A stretch of DNA of 42,776 bases, taken from positions 1 through 42,776 of the IMG/VR virus record IMGVR_UViG_3300005326_000027; one strand, 5' to 3'. Positions 42,621-42,776 of this stretch are shown here, in pieces. Position 1 is the stretch's first letter. Each line of letters begins with the position of its first letter. The translations under genes and the position numbers were made by a program. Source of the DNA: a virus. Under the pieces are notes generated by a model. The model saw nothing but the letters and a program-made list of their open reading frames with translations, was not told the origin of the DNA and ran no database searches.

Positions 42621-42776
42621 ATGACCACAGAACCCTATTACGACAGCGAGCATGAAGTAATAGAGAAAAATGTTCCAGGTGGACTTCTTGACCTTCCTTT
42701 TGACGGAAATGATTACGCCCTGGGTTCTATTTTTAAACAGCCTGACCTCTCTACTCTCCCAGAATCCTTTTGGTAC
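42621..42776 (+). CDS. 5' part of the papain-like peptidase gene, continuing at position 124 through the repeat (same gene as 1..891)
   Basis: ATG at 42621: MTTEPYYDSEH then EVIEKNVPGG.... It is in phase with frame 1 at position 1. Confidence 0.7.
   Translation, partial: MTTEPYYDSEHEVIEKNVPGGLLDLPFDGNDYALGSIFKQPDLSTLPESFWY
42654..42776. repeat. Terminal direct repeat copy 2 (identical to 1..123)
   Basis: Same comparison as for copy 1. Confidence 0.95.

Noticed and set aside
1-42776. Alternative genetic code (UGA or UAG reassignment) or an integrated prophage.
   Set aside because: All large genes are uninterrupted under the standard code. No integrase, att-like flanks or host genes are present, and the ends overlap into a circle.

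Overview
This window looks like a complete, circularly closing tailed-phage genome of about 42.65 kb. Positions 1..123 are identical to 42654..42776, and one gene reads straight across that junction. There are two arms.

(1) A minus-strand early arm (about 1.5-13.0 kb) holds roughly 40 very small, often ATGA-coupled ORFs. These include an HNH endonuclease, a NinG/Rap-like nuclease, a sigma-70 region-4-only protein and many CxxC zinc-ribbon miniproteins. The arm is interrupted by three ORF-free, densely base-paired segments (about 4147-4318, 7815-8078 and 11900-12625).

(2) A plus-strand arm (13.1-42.7 kb, wrapping to 1367) encodes:
- an MT-A70 adenine methyltransferase and two SLT-like lysozyme-fold proteins;
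- a GroEL-like chaperonin;
- small and large terminase, portal, scaffold and major capsid;
- large tail/internal-virion proteins, a collagen-like fibre and an 1804-aa modular fibre;
- a lysis cassette of holin, papain-like C1 peptidase and CHAP peptidase.

I found no DNA polymerase, primase, helicase, integrase, reverse transcriptase, tRNA or CRISPR array.

Most striking observations:
- the three candidate structured RNAs, one preceded by its own promoter plus terminator module;
- a 31-copy 9-bp in-frame repeat in which only one base varies, encoding S-A-[G/W/R];
- a perfect 30-bp direct repeat read in two different frames inside the methyltransferase gene;
- a family of extended -10 promoters (GTGGTATAAT) sitting 6-9 nt from start codons, implying leaderless mRNAs, alongside the sigma-region-4-only protein;
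- a promoter/operator/terminator-bounded moron inside the tail module.

All protein family calls rest on motif recognition by eye. No searches or folding calculations were run.
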